A DNA stretch of 53,614 nt, taken from the NCBI GenBank assembly GCA_965369655.1, contig CBDUQR010000017.1:1-53614 (forward strand), read 5' to 3'. Both the position numbers and the translations under genes were made by a program. Each line of letters starts with the position of its first letter. Position 1 is the first letter of the stretch. This stretch comes from an uncultured bacterium. GTDB lineage: Bacteria; Zixibacteria; MSB-5A5; JAABVY01; JAHJOQ01. Positions 26,687 to 37,013 of this stretch are shown here, piece by piece. The notes under the pieces were generated by a model. The model saw nothing but the letters and a program-made list of their open reading frames with translations. It was not told the DNA's origin and searched no databases.

Positions 26687-28525
26687 TTAGTCTGTAAGCC
26701 ACGGAGGATCACAGGCGTCAGGATCGGGGGGTGGTCCTCCACCGAAGATGTAGTTAATCAGATATACCACATCGTCAATATCGATCTGACCATCGCCGTT
26801 GGCGTCACCGCAGCATTCCATCGGAAACGGTGGTGGTCCGCCACCGAAGATATAGTTAATCAGATAGACGACATCATCAATGTCGATACCGCCGCTTCCA
26901 TTTGCGTCACCAATCACGCATGTCGGCTGGACGTCACATGTATACCCACCGAAATCAAGGATTGTCCAGCAGTCGGTCCAGAGACTCGGCTCATAGGGAT
27001 CGAACGCGCCAGCATACGGAACCTTGCCGTACCATGACGGGGATGCAAGATCAGTTGGACCTTCACCCGGATAAGCCTGACCATCGGCAGGACGGGTCAG
27101 CGGATCGAGCATAGCGCCGTTGTCCTCGTGAACGGGGCTCGTCAGCGATGGACGCGGACAAAGAGTATAGCTCTGAAGCGTACGGCAAGCTGCACCAGTT
27201 CCCTTGGTGGGCGGATAACTGACGAGATCAGGATCCACGGTCCTCTTGTTGCCTGCGTTAAGGCCATTACAGTTGCCAAAGATATAGTTCAGGAGGTCTG
27301 CAGCAGGTGCACCAGCACCCCACTTGTTACAGGTCAGGTTCTCTTCTGACATGTCAGGGAAGTTCCAGAACCAATTGCTCGTGAAAGTCAGATCTCCAGC
27401 AGCCGCTCTCTTCTCACTATCTTCGGCACCGACAGGTGCTCCTGTCGGACACGAATTCACTACTCCATCAACGTCCTCGACATTTATACCGCAATTCGGG
27501 AAGTCGATGAAAATCGAGTTAGCGTAATGAGCACCGGCATTGTCGCGAATCTTCAGGACCTGAGAGTTGGCAGCACCGGAAGCTCCCTCGCCGGGACCCA
27601 TGTAGGTCACATTGGCAATATCAGGACGGGCAAACGGGCAGGCTTCCTCCGGATCCTCGTTGCCGTCGTGCTCACCAACGTTGTCGCCATCGTCATCCAG
27701 AATCGCAAACCAGAACTGACCGTAGCCACGGAAACCCTGGTCGTAGTCAAAGGCATCGTCGCCATTGAAGATCGAAACCAAATGGTGAGCGTTGACCGTT
27801 CCGCCAAACCACTCGAAGCCATCATCGAGGTTGTGATAGACTTCGATGTGATGTATCTCGGTTCCTGCACCGACAGCGCCCATGGTCAGGCCGTTGATCT
27901 CATTGGCCTCACCGATCTCGTGACCGCCGTGACGAATCGAGATGAATCCATAAATACCGGAGTTATCATTGTCATCACAGTTGCCATCGCATCCATAGAT
28001 CACGTTATCGTAATCCCAGGCGGTTTCCGGAATACCTTCGATGTGACGTTCGATCTCACCTGTGTGAGTTCCGCAATCACCAATATTGACATATCCGAGG
28101 ATGATTAGACCGCCCCACAGGCCACGGCTGGCGTTTCCATGCGGCATATCGGCAGGGTCGTCAACATTGTCGTAAAGATAGGTCATGACGATCGGGCAGC
28201 ACGAATCGCCGAGCATCTCGGCGTATCCGTCTCTGTCGATAATCAGAGCACTTGGCTCGGTCGGATGAAGATCACCAGGTCCTGCGCCCTTTATGATCGT
28301 ACCGCTCTGTACATACAGAGTCTGACCAGCTTTGACATGAATGCGGCCGGAGAGATGCCATATAGTGTCTCTCGACATCGTATAGGTGCCCGAAGCATCC
28401 ATATCGGCCTGTGAAAAGACTTGCGTTGGCTTACCGGCTTCAGTCGGACAGGCCACATCAGTACCAGCCCAGAGTGCCGATAGCAACGAAAGCATTGCAA
28501 TAATCAAAATCAGATTGCGAAGCAT
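26687..28525 (-). CDS. Secreted beta-helix-like protein with C-terminal dockerin
   Basis: AGGAGG RBS; signal peptide; GLWGGLIILG, NEINGLTMGAVG, DDGFEWFGGTV, DDAFDYDQG; two GDANG..DIDDVVYLINYIFGGGPPP repeats. Confidence 0.85.
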   Translation of the reverse strand: MLRNLILIIAMLSLLSALWAGTDVACPTEAGKPTQVFSQADMDASGTYTMSRDTIWHLSGRIHVKAGQTLYVQSGTIIKGAGPGDLHPTEPSALIIDRDGYAEMLGDSCCPIVMTYLYDNVDDPADMPHGNASRGLWGGLIILGYVNIGDCGTHTGEIERHIEGIPETAWDYDNVIYGCDGNCDDNDNSGIYGFISIRHGGHEIGEANEINGLTMGAVGAGTEIHHIEVYHNLDDGFEWFGGTVNAHHLVSIFNGDDAFDYDQGFRGYGQFWFAILDDDGDNVGEHDGNEDPEEACPFARPDIANVTYMGPGEGASGAANSQVLKIRDNAGAHYANSIFIDFPNCGINVEDVDGVVNSCPTGAPVGAEDSEKRAAAGDLTFTSNWFWNFPDMSEENLTCNKWGAGAPAADLLNYIFGNCNGLNAGNKRTVDPDLVSYPPTKGTGAACRTLQSYTLCPRPSLTSPVHEDNGAMLDPLTRPADGQAYPGEGPTDLASPSWYGKVPYAGAFDPYEPSLWTDCWTILDFGGYTCDVQPTCVIGDANGSGGIDIDDVVYLINYIFGGGPPPFPMECCGDANGDGQIDIDDVVYLINYIFGGGPPPDPDACDPPWLTD

Positions 28526-28828
28526 TCAGTTTCCTCCTAAGTTCTTAAGACAGTTAAACACGTGTTTGCGACTACAGGCCTCTTCGATGAAGAAAGATTT
28601 CAGTTTTACCTCCATATGTTTCTCCCATAAGGTTGCATGAAGAAGAGCATCGTCTAAATGTTCAAACCGCCCTGAAGGTGGGAATTCCATATTTGTTACA
28701 GATTACAGCATCATTAAAGTTCTGTTCAGATTGGGGATCTGCCACCAGCAGAATAGCATGAAGCCACATCCCATTCCTGAGACGTGGCTTTCCATCTATC
28801 CTGTCGAGTCGAGTACCCTCAAGTAACT

Positions 28829-31759
28829 CTAAATCTCGTAAGATATGCCGAGCGATATCTCACGACCGAGCTTGTGCTCGCGCCTGACATACTCCTCGCC
28901 TTGATATGCGTGTGTGACGCGATAAGCGGAATCGAAGATATTCCTGACTCCACTCTTCAAGGTCAGGCCGTACCAGATTCCCTTAGAGAAAGTCAGGTCA
29001 AGCTGGTGTCGTGGCTGCTCGAACGCATCCGGCGTCGCTCGTCTGCCCTTCTCTACCAGTCTTTCTCCAAACACATTGTAATTCAGAGCGACTGAAGTAC
29101 TATTGTGCGGATTGACATAGGCAACATCCACGTTGAGAGCATAAGGTGATTGACCTTCGAGTGGCCTGTGATTATCGGCGTCGGGCCTGGTGTTTCTGAT
29201 CGTCTTGAGTTCATTTTCGGGTATCTGGACTTCGGACTTCACAAGCGTTAGATTGCCACCGACCTGGAAATATGTTAACAGATCATGAATCTGGTCAAGC
29301 TTCTTTCTGATTTCGAATTCAGCGCCATAGACCTTGCCATCTTCGACATTAACGAATTTGATGTTGTTATTCACACTGACCTTACCAAGCTCGATTGGAT
29401 CTTTGATCGTCTTGTAGAACAGGCTGAAAGCCCAGAGTTCGCCGGGTCGCTCGAAAAACTCCCATCTGAAATCATAGTTGTCAATCAGCGATCTTTTCAA
29501 TTCGGGGTTGCCACTCACGATGTAGCCCGTAGCGTATTCATATGTAGAGAACTTCGCGAACTCTCTGAATGTAGGTCGGGCGAGTGTCCTTCCGTACGAA
29601 AACCGCAGGTTCATATTGTCATGCAATCTGTAAATGAAATACACTGACGGGAGAATATCCCTGTCGTGAATCGTTCCCGATGTATCAACCGACTCGACAT
29701 GCATTAGGGTTTTCTCATATCTTGCACCTGCAACGAGATTAAACTTCTCCAGCAACGGCAACTCAACCATCGAGTAAAGTGAAAAAATCTCCTGCTCGCC
29801 TTCGTAAGACTGTTCCGGTCTGGTCGTCTCATCGTACCAGTTTCCGAACCAGTAATAGGTTCCGGATGAATCGAGCAATCCAAAATAATCAGGATTGAAT
29901 ACGTCTTCCGCACTCTCTAATTCCGGCTCTATCGGGCCAAACTGAAACTTAAATTCCCTTTCAGAATTCTCTCTCGTTTTTCTCAGGAATCCGGAACCCA
30001 ATTTGAGCTTTGATGGAAGACCAGACCACTGGTTAAACGGTATCGAGAAGTTTGCCGCAACCTCGCGATTCTTTTCATCCAGTTCTCTATAGATTCTATT
30101 TGGGAAGGGATTCTGGTTCGACTGAATAGTCCAGACAGTATCACCGTCTCCAACAGGCCTGCGAGAATTAGAAAATGTCCTGAAGTCGGGTTCATCCTCA
30201 GAAGTATTCGTTATCGAGAACTGCCAGTCCAGGCTGACTGCCCGACCTGTGCTGAATTTGTGATCACCTGTGAACTGAAGGCTCCCGACATCTCTTGACG
30301 TATACTTCAGGACACGAGTCTGGAAATCTGTTGGAGGCGAGAAAGCCTCTCGAAACGGACCCTCAAGGTATCGCGCCTGAGATTCGGCGTTTCTCGTATA
30401 AATGTAATTGACGCCGACCTTGTGCTTGTTGCCAAGCGGGAACTTGGTGTTGATCATTGTTCCCCAGAGCACTTCGTCGGTCGACTTCTGATCGGCAAGA
30501 TATTGATGAGCGTCCATGACATCCTGCGAAGCCAGATTCCATCTCACAACAATACCATTGTCATAGAACCTAAAGCTCCGGGAATAGCTCAGGCTTGCAA
30601 GCACCGATGCATCCATACCAAAAACCGGGAGAATATTGCCGTAAACCAATGAGTACTTCTGGTTCATTGGAGCGTAGCCATCGACAGGATACATATTGCC
30701 GTTGAAGGACCGCGCCATCCCATCCAGCAGTAAAGCCTCGTCACGATCTCTCTTGGCTTTACCAACTGGATTCGGAATATCCACATCCGGATTCTCGAAT
30801 ATTCCCGGCATGTCTCTTGTGCCATCGTCAACTCCGATCCAGTCCCTGGTGCCACCAGAATAAGTTTGGAAATCACCGTTGAATGTTGCCTGCGTATTAT
30901 AGCCCATCGATGACGAGAATTTCAGTATTTGTTCTCCGGTCATCTCTCTGGTTGAAAGATTGACACTTCCACCTGCGAAATTGCCGGGTTTGTCCGGCGT
31001 GAAGGTCTTCTCAATCACGATGTTATCGAGAAGCTCGGACGGGAAAATATCCATCGGAGCGATTTGCTTGTCGGCCGCGGGACTCGGAAGAGTGCTGTTG
31101 TTTAGCCTGATGTTAGTGTAGCGATCCCCCATTCCCCTGACATAGACATACTTACCACCAACCACAGTGGCGCCAGTGACCTTTTTCAGAGCTTCCGCGG
31201 CATCTCCACTGCCGGATCGTGATATTGCCTCGGCACTGATCGCATCGCTGACAGCGATCGAAAATTGACGCTCCTTGAGAAGAGCAGCCTCGGTGTTCTT
31301 TACGGCTTCGGCTTTGACAGTAACTGTGATTCCTGTTTCGATCGTTTCCTGTTGAAGAACCAGATCGTACCGAGCATCATCACCTTCACGCGGGATTACA
31401 CCCTCGACTGTAAGCTTCGAATACCCGACACATCTGACAATCAAGTCGTGCTCACCCCGAGGCGCTTTCTTGATAACGTAGTTGCCATCGAAATCTGTGA
31501 GCGCACCAATTGAAGTGTCAGCAAGCTGGACGGCCGCGCCAACAATCGGCTCGCCGGTTTTACCGTCAACGATTTTCCCAACGATCTGAAACTTGTCAGT
31601 GCCTGTTGCCAATGCAATTGAAGTAAAACAGATAATAGCCATCAACAGGAATAGCGTCCGCAGAATGACTCCCGGAGACTTCCTTGTCCCAGTCTGGTTC
31701 TGTGATCGAGTCAATTCCCTACCTCCTCTTTTACTCAGTAACCTTGACAATCGGACCAT
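28829..31759 (-). CDS. TonB-dependent receptor with N-terminal carboxypeptidase-regulatory-like domain
   Basis: GKIVDGKTGEPIVGA, plug YVYVRGMGDRY...KTFTPDKPGNFAGG, ARPTFRE, GNPELK, C-terminal GREISLGISYEI; true start may be later than 31759. Confidence 0.92.
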   Translation of the reverse strand: MVRLSRLLSKRGGRELTRSQNQTGTRKSPGVILRTLFLLMAIICFTSIALATGTDKFQIVGKIVDGKTGEPIVGAAVQLADTSIGALTDFDGNYVIKKAPRGEHDLIVRCVGYSKLTVEGVIPREGDDARYDLVLQQETIETGITVTVKAEAVKNTEAALLKERQFSIAVSDAISAEAISRSGSGDAAEALKKVTGATVVGGKYVYVRGMGDRYTNIRLNNSTLPSPAADKQIAPMDIFPSELLDNIVIEKTFTPDKPGNFAGGSVNLSTREMTGEQILKFSSSMGYNTQATFNGDFQTYSGGTRDWIGVDDGTRDMPGIFENPDVDIPNPVGKAKRDRDEALLLDGMARSFNGNMYPVDGYAPMNQKYSLVYGNILPVFGMDASVLASLSYSRSFRFYDNGIVVRWNLASQDVMDAHQYLADQKSTDEVLWGTMINTKFPLGNKHKVGVNYIYTRNAESQARYLEGPFREAFSPPTDFQTRVLKYTSRDVGSLQFTGDHKFSTGRAVSLDWQFSITNTSEDEPDFRTFSNSRRPVGDGDTVWTIQSNQNPFPNRIYRELDEKNREVAANFSIPFNQWSGLPSKLKLGSGFLRKTRENSEREFKFQFGPIEPELESAEDVFNPDYFGLLDSSGTYYWFGNWYDETTRPEQSYEGEQEIFSLYSMVELPLLEKFNLVAGARYEKTLMHVESVDTSGTIHDRDILPSVYFIYRLHDNMNLRFSYGRTLARPTFREFAKFSTYEYATGYIVSGNPELKRSLIDNYDFRWEFFERPGELWAFSLFYKTIKDPIELGKVSVNNNIKFVNVEDGKVYGAEFEIRKKLDQIHDLLTYFQVGGNLTLVKSEVQIPENELKTIRNTRPDADNHRPLEGQSPYALNVDVAYVNPHNSTSVALNYNVFGERLVEKGRRATPDAFEQPRHQLDLTFSKGIWYGLTLKSGVRNIFDSAYRVTHAYQGEEYVRREHKLGREISLGISYEI

Positions 31760-31962
31760 ACGAACATGGTATACTCCCTCCCGACTGCCCCATCAGTCCG
31801 CCTCAATAACATCGCTATGTTACATTACTGTTAGGATTTGACTAAATAATCAACAATTCTGGCTAATTCAGTCTATTCGTGAGCGGCACATGTCCAGAGG
31901 TGCCGGACCTGATTGCTTGCGGTCTACAAGAATCGGCAGATGTGGACATCTGCCGCCCACAT

Positions 31963-32127
31963 AGTTTCCCGACTGATCCGATACCCGAACCGGCCACGCT
32001 GCTTCTTTTGGGAGCGGGCCTCACAGGTATCGGTCTCTATCGGCGCAAAAGAAAATAAGCCCCCTAAGCAAGAAGGGTAACACAAAGCCCGTCTGCTGCA
32101 ACAGCAGGCGGGCTTTAGTTTTGGCCT
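31963..32127 (+). pseudogene. Orphan 3' fragment of the PEP-CTERM gene + terminator (direct repeat copy 2)
   Basis: Encodes the same SFPTDPIPEPATLLLLGAGLTGIGLYRRKRK* with no start codon; begins next to a REP (TGCCGCCCACA). Confidence 0.85.
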
Positions 32128-32155
32128 CCATACTTCCCTGAATGGCGTATTCACT

Positions 32156-32258
32156 TCTCCAGTAGGTCGGCATTCCGCAGCAAGCAAAGCTTGCCAGTCC
32201 CTCGGAGATCCCCTCGAAGATCGGGGTCAATGACGGGATCAGTGACCGAAAACCCGAC
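32156..32258 (-). repeat. GTAG-type REP (as inside MITE A) with nested micro-insertions
   Basis: GTCGGGTTT[TCGGTCACTGATCCCG[TCATTGACCCCGATCTTCGAGGGG]ATCTCCGAGGGA]CTGGCAAGC...CCGACCTACTGGAGA. Confidence 0.75.
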
Positions 32259-32314
32259 GTTCTGATAACTGAATGACAAGACCTCACCCCAAGAGGTAAG
32301 CCACCCGCAAGTCA

Positions 32315-34522
32315 TCACCAAGTCACTGGGGCAGTCGACTCCACCCACTCGGCATCATGGTCATCTTGATAAAGCGTTTCACCGAGATAGCTATCGTTGC
32401 CGCGGCCAGTAATATCTTCCAGCAACTGTCCCTGTCCTGCATTGCAGTCAAAATAGACTACAAGTCCTTCTTCCGAGCCGTTCAGGTGCGAAAACATGGT
32501 TGAAGCGATTTCGGCGGTTGATCTGGGATGATTCCATATTCGGATTTCATCAATAACTCCGTGGAAGAGCGCTTGGGGATTCCAGCGCGGACGGCCTCCG
32601 ATGTATATATCTGTGGACTCAACTGGTACACTGACGGCGACTGAATTGTAAGCTACCTGCTGGCCGTCAACGTAAAGAACTGATGAAAGTCCGTCATATG
32701 TGTACGCGACATGTATCCACGTTTCCGTAGGTATCTGCCAATAGTATAGACACTGATTATGACCGAAGTTCACATACCCCCGTATGTAATTGGACTTGAA
32801 GTCAACACAGTACGCAGCATCATAATCATACTCCTTAATTAGGAGCTTCATGTCAGTATATTGGGGAGCAGTTGATTCTGCCCAGAACCACATCTCAATC
32901 GTGAATCCACTCTGGAGATCAAGGTCATGAGAGTAAGGAACCGTGACCCAGTCATCATTGCCATCAAATGCCAATGCATGATTTGCCCGCTCCGCCCGCA
33001 CTTCGTTGCTAGTCGTAGAATTATCAGAAGCGTCATATACAATCACTGCGTAATACCAGACTTGTGAAGAATCAACGCCAGTGTCGACGAAGATGCTATC
33101 GTCAATGTTGTGACTCAGACCAAGAGTAGGAGATGTCTCGGAAACTCCGGGTTCGCTGCTTCGGCAAATCCTATAGTGTGAAAAATCCCTGCTTGTCGAT
33201 TTTGACCACACCAGGCAGACATTGCTATCGCCAGCAGTTGAACAGAAACTCAAAGAGACCGGCTCAGGATCTTCATCGAGGACGGAAACCGCATGTGGGA
33301 TGCTTGATCTGCTGAAACCATTGTTGTCCCAAACATATAGCCGATAGTAGTATTCACCACCTGGGTAAACAGACGTATCAATGAAACTGGTGTCGCTTTC
33401 TACTGCCGTCTCGTATACGAGATCGCTGCTTTCGTCGACTCCTGCATTTTCAGATCGGTAGAGTCTGTATGCGTTGAAATCAGGGTCGGGGCACTTACGC
33501 CAAATGACTTCAGCTTTGGTCTCAGAATTTGATACAAGACTGACCAGCTCGGCCACGCTCGGTCTGGGGTCGGAGACTGTGACACTCATTTCATTGCTCA
33601 TACCAGTGGAGTCACCAGTGTCCGCAACTGTGATACGGTAAACGTAGTCTTGCGGTCCATCTACCGAACGATCAATGTATGTGGTGTCTTCGACTGTAAG
33701 AACAGATTCAATCGTCTGGAAACTCGATCCGGATTCCTTTCGTTCAATATCATACTGCCGGAAATCGAGCACATCCACGGCAGACCACAGCAAGAAAACC
33801 TCGTTGTCTCCGAGTTCAGTGACTTCATAGAGCACGGGTGTTGGAGGAGCCGCATTGAGCGTTGTGGCCTCTATCTCATTGCTGCCGGAATTCAGGCCGT
33901 GTATGTCGAAGACAAAGACCTTGTAGTATCGAGTGTAGTTGTCTGCCGGATGTGTCACCGCCATGGAAGTTGAGTCCTTATTGTCGACAGTAGCGATCAA
34001 ATCCGATTGCGGAGTAACCCCAGGGTCATCAGAGCCAAACACTTTGTACGATTCAAAATCCACTGCACCTGAGAGTTGCCACGTGAGAGTGAAGGAACCA
34101 TAGGTGACATCGTTCGGTATTTCCATAACCACCGACTCTGGGCGAGAGGTGGAATTGTCAACGGTCACGGTGACTGTATCTGAATATAGAGTTTCCAAGT
34201 CCGCGAAGTGTGCGACGGCAAAAACGTTGTGATTCGTGCTGTCGGCGTATTCAGTAACATCCCAGACGTAGGAATATGGCGCAGTATCGCACCTTGCATC
34301 TGTTGGTGAAAATCCATCGAAGTGGAACCGCACGAAATTGACTGCACCTCCCGCGACATTTGCAACAACATTGACTTTTTCGCTCACAACGGCACTGTTC
34401 ACGGGTGTTTCGATTGAAACGCTCCGTTCGACAGGTGCTTGCATTACCGGCGCAGACTCATCGGAACAGCCAAAGAGCACAACCGCCAACAGGGCTGACA
34501 GAATCAGGCTGAATCGTAACAT
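32315..34522 (-). CDS. Lipoprotein with Ig-like, FN3-like repeats and C-terminal LamG domain
   Basis: AAGGAG RBS; lipobox LFGC; repeated W...DF..Y...RS..PGV; ALAFDGNDD, WIHVAYTYDG, FHGVIDEIRIW. Confidence 0.85.
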   Translation of the reverse strand: MLRFSLILSALLAVVLFGCSDESAPVMQAPVERSVSIETPVNSAVVSEKVNVVANVAGGAVNFVRFHFDGFSPTDARCDTAPYSYVWDVTEYADSTNHNVFAVAHFADLETLYSDTVTVTVDNSTSRPESVVMEIPNDVTYGSFTLTWQLSGAVDFESYKVFGSDDPGVTPQSDLIATVDNKDSTSMAVTHPADNYTRYYKVFVFDIHGLNSGSNEIEATTLNAAPPTPVLYEVTELGDNEVFLLWSAVDVLDFRQYDIERKESGSSFQTIESVLTVEDTTYIDRSVDGPQDYVYRITVADTGDSTGMSNEMSVTVSDPRPSVAELVSLVSNSETKAEVIWRKCPDPDFNAYRLYRSENAGVDESSDLVYETAVESDTSFIDTSVYPGGEYYYRLYVWDNNGFSRSSIPHAVSVLDEDPEPVSLSFCSTAGDSNVCLVWSKSTSRDFSHYRICRSSEPGVSETSPTLGLSHNIDDSIFVDTGVDSSQVWYYAVIVYDASDNSTTSNEVRAERANHALAFDGNDDWVTVPYSHDLDLQSGFTIEMWFWAESTAPQYTDMKLLIKEYDYDAAYCVDFKSNYIRGYVNFGHNQCLYYWQIPTETWIHVAYTYDGLSSVLYVDGQQVAYNSVAVSVPVESTDIYIGGRPRWNPQALFHGVIDEIRIWNHPRSTAEIASTMFSHLNGSEEGLVVYFDCNAGQGQLLEDITGRGNDSYLGETLYQDDHDAEWVESTAPVTW

Positions 34523-34636
34523 AACTGTGGACTCCTTTAACAGAAAGATAGGGATATGAGGCAGATTGTCAAGCACCGCATCTGCGCGAATTGCACAGGG
34601 TGAAACAATGTTTCTTACACATTTTCCTCACGCCCC

Positions 34637-34682
34637 CCTTTGTCAAACTCAGGACAGGCCCTTCGCTATGCTCAGGATATAC
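34637..34682 (-). repeat. Two tandem 23-nt TCCTGAG...AAGG modules inside a palindrome
   Basis: GTATATCCTGAGCATAGCGAAGG + GCCTGTCCTGAGTTTGACAAAGG within CACGCCC...GGGCGTG. Confidence 0.65.
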
Positions 34683-35218
34683 AAGCGGGCGTAAAGGGCG
34701 TGTCAGGTCACAACTGCGCTCCGCGCCGCCAAGACCTGACACAACAGTTAATGTTTGGTAACAGAACTCTATCCTTTGCCAGTGTTACCTCCTCCAGCAC
34801 CGTCAGTCGATTACATCGACCGTGCTGGTAATGAGTATGTATCTATGCGAGTATTTGCGCTTCTTGACTATTTGCTCTGTGTGCAGAAGATAGACAATTC
34901 AATCGAGAAGTCAAGTGTTATGGCTCTCAGCCAAGTATAGCATGTTCTGCTATTTGTTCCAGCAGGAGTGAGGCACTTCTACCATTCTTGATTGGCTGGT
35001 GGCCCACCGTTTGCGGTGGATTTGATATCCGAGAACCGAAGAAGTATCCTCACCCCAGGGGGTGAGCCACCTGTCGTCGAAAGCCCTGGCTCTTGCAGAA
35101 ACTTTGCTTTTATCTGACTGCACACGTCGAGGCCGACATCGTCAATCCTTGATAATCCGCATTCATTCCATTACATTGGCGCCCATCGCTGCGTGTATAA
35201 CCGACCGCCGCTGACTGG

Positions 35219-36115
35219 ATGGGAGCTTTGGTACTATATCTCGGAGAGACACTTTCACTTCTGACCGCGATCAACTGGGCGTTTGCGGTGATCCTGTTCA
35301 GAAAAAGCGGCGAATCGGTGCATCCGATAGGGCTTAATCTGTTCAAGAACATCCTCGCGGTGACGCTGATTCTTCCTACCATGTGGATCACCGGCGATAC
35401 CCTTATGAGAGATGTCCCGGCACGCGATTACGCGCTGCTGCTCGCAAGCGGCGCTATCGGAATCGGTCTCGCCGACACGTTGTTCCTCAAGAGCCTGAAC
35501 GCCCTCGGAGCCGGACTTCTCGCGATAGTAGATTGCTGCTACAGTCCATTCATCATCCTGCTGTCGATAGCGTTCCTCGGTGAATCGCTCGCTTTGCTGC
35601 AAATCATCGGAGTGGTGTTGATCGTGACTGCGGTACTGACTGCTCTGAATGAACGCAAGTCGCACGGCTCCGACGGCCGGAAGATAGTCATGGGAATCGT
35701 GTGGGGCGTCCTCGCGATGGCAGCCAACGCAGTGGGAATCGTGATGATCAAGCCGCTTCTCGAACAATCTCCGCTGCTCTGGACCACCGAGATCAGATTG
35801 ATGGGCGGCGTGATAGTGCTGGTCGCCGTGCTACTCTTGCGTACAGACAGACGCAAGATATGGGCAACGGTGATCTCGTCGAACCGATGGGGCTACACGG
35901 TCTCCGGATCATTCATGGGCGCCTATGTATCGATGCTGTTGTGGCTCGCAGGAATGAAATACACTCAGGCATCGGTAGCTTCAGCCTTGAATCAAACAAG
36001 CAACGTATTCATTTTCATATTCGCGTGGTTGTTCCTGCGGGAAAACATGGACAGATACAAGATACTCGGCATCGTGCTCGGAGTAATCGGTGCGTTTCTG
36101 GTCACTATTGGTTGA
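35219..36115 (+). CDS. DMT/EamA-family transporter
   Basis: About 10 TM helices in two EamA repeats; FLGESL, FLRENM. Confidence 0.9.
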   Translation: MGALVLYLGETLSLLTAINWAFAVILFRKSGESVHPIGLNLFKNILAVTLILPTMWITGDTLMRDVPARDYALLLASGAIGIGLADTLFLKSLNALGAGLLAIVDCCYSPFIILLSIAFLGESLALLQIIGVVLIVTAVLTALNERKSHGSDGRKIVMGIVWGVLAMAANAVGIVMIKPLLEQSPLLWTTEIRLMGGVIVLVAVLLLRTDRRKIWATVISSNRWGYTVSGSFMGAYVSMLLWLAGMKYTQASVASALNQTSNVFIFIFAWLFLRENMDRYKILGIVLGVIGAFLVTIG

Positions 36116-36199
36116 TCGCAAACATTTCCAGTCCTGTAGTTCGCAGATCGAAAGTGGTCTTCCCCTGAAAAAGTGGACATTTCTTGAAGGTTGTATTAG

Positions 36200-36405
36200 T
36201 GTCGTGTCCCGGATATTCTTTTTTAGTAACATGGGTATTCTGCCCGTGAATCATGGGCAAGATGCCCATGCCACGATTTAATTTGCCGCTTTTTATTGTG
36301 AATGGATTCCTGGGACACGACATTAGAATAACCTTAGTATTGTAGGGAAGGTGTCACCGACACCTGCCGGTTCTCTTCGCAGGAGTGGGGCACTCCTGCG
36401 CTACT
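36200..36405. repeat. Intergenic REP-like palindrome cluster
   Basis: CATGGGTATTCTGCCCGTG..CATGGGCAAGATGCCCATGCCAC; GTGTCCCGG/CTGGGACAC; GTAGGG...GCGCTAC. Confidence 0.6.
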
Positions 36406-36408
36406 TCG

Positions 36409-36969
36409 TCATGGAGTGATTTTGATAATGCCCGGAGTGAATTCTGGGACAAATTCAACGGCACTGTCGTCAGAAAGAACGAACCTGTGAAGCGCACCAT
36501 TGTCGAGTACAAACCTCGTGGTATCAATTGAGATAGTGTGCTGAAATAGCGAATCGCCGATGCTCAAATAGATGGAAACCAGAGTGCCGGTTCCGGGCGG
36601 CAAAGCGTATCCAGATTTGTAGACTCTTTCCACTGACACTATTCCTGACTCGTTCGAAATAGTGTCCAGGAGAGGAATTCCGCTCTCCCCCAAGAGACTC
36701 CCTACAAACGATATCGAATCGATCGTGAAGTGAGATCCTTTCAGGATCAGTGGAAGTTGAATACCCTGCAGAGGAGATTTCAGATCGGCGAGTATTTCCA
36801 CGCGAGCTTGTTCGCCGGGGAGTGCGTCCACCGTATCGATCCAGACACGACTTGTTTCATCCGGCTCATCCACCGGTGGCGTATTCCCCTTGTCACTGCT
36901 GCACATGATCACGAGCAGCAAGAGCAGGATTACAAAGCCAGTGATCCTGATATTGGAAAACATCGTCAT
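36409..36969 (-). CDS. Lipoprotein with cohesin-like domain
   Basis: Hydrophobic leader ending IMC; VWIDTV, IDSISFVGS, PPGTGTLVSIYLSI, PEFTPGII. Confidence 0.75.
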   Translation of the reverse strand: MTMFSNIRITGFVILLLLLVIMCSSDKGNTPPVDEPDETSRVWIDTVDALPGEQARVEILADLKSPLQGIQLPLILKGSHFTIDSISFVGSLLGESGIPLLDTISNESGIVSVERVYKSGYALPPGTGTLVSIYLSIGDSLFQHTISIDTTRFVLDNGALHRFVLSDDSAVEFVPEFTPGIIKITP

Positions 36970-37013
36970 ATTCAAATTGTCGGCATCACGCGAGGAGTCT
37001 GAAGCTACCGCAT

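Noticed and set aside
28526-28615. 29-aa leader ORF (MEVKLKSFF...GGN*) abutting the beta-helix gene start on the minus strand
   Set aside because: It has a plausible RBS but no recognisable feature; cannot be told from chance without conservation or Ribo-seq data.
26463-32127. Diversity-generating retroelement TR/VR pair
   Set aside because: Differences are synonymous and not adenine-specific, and no reverse transcriptase is present.
34755-34940. Small ORF in the AT-richer gap
   Set aside because: No RBS or recognisable motif; probably a remnant.
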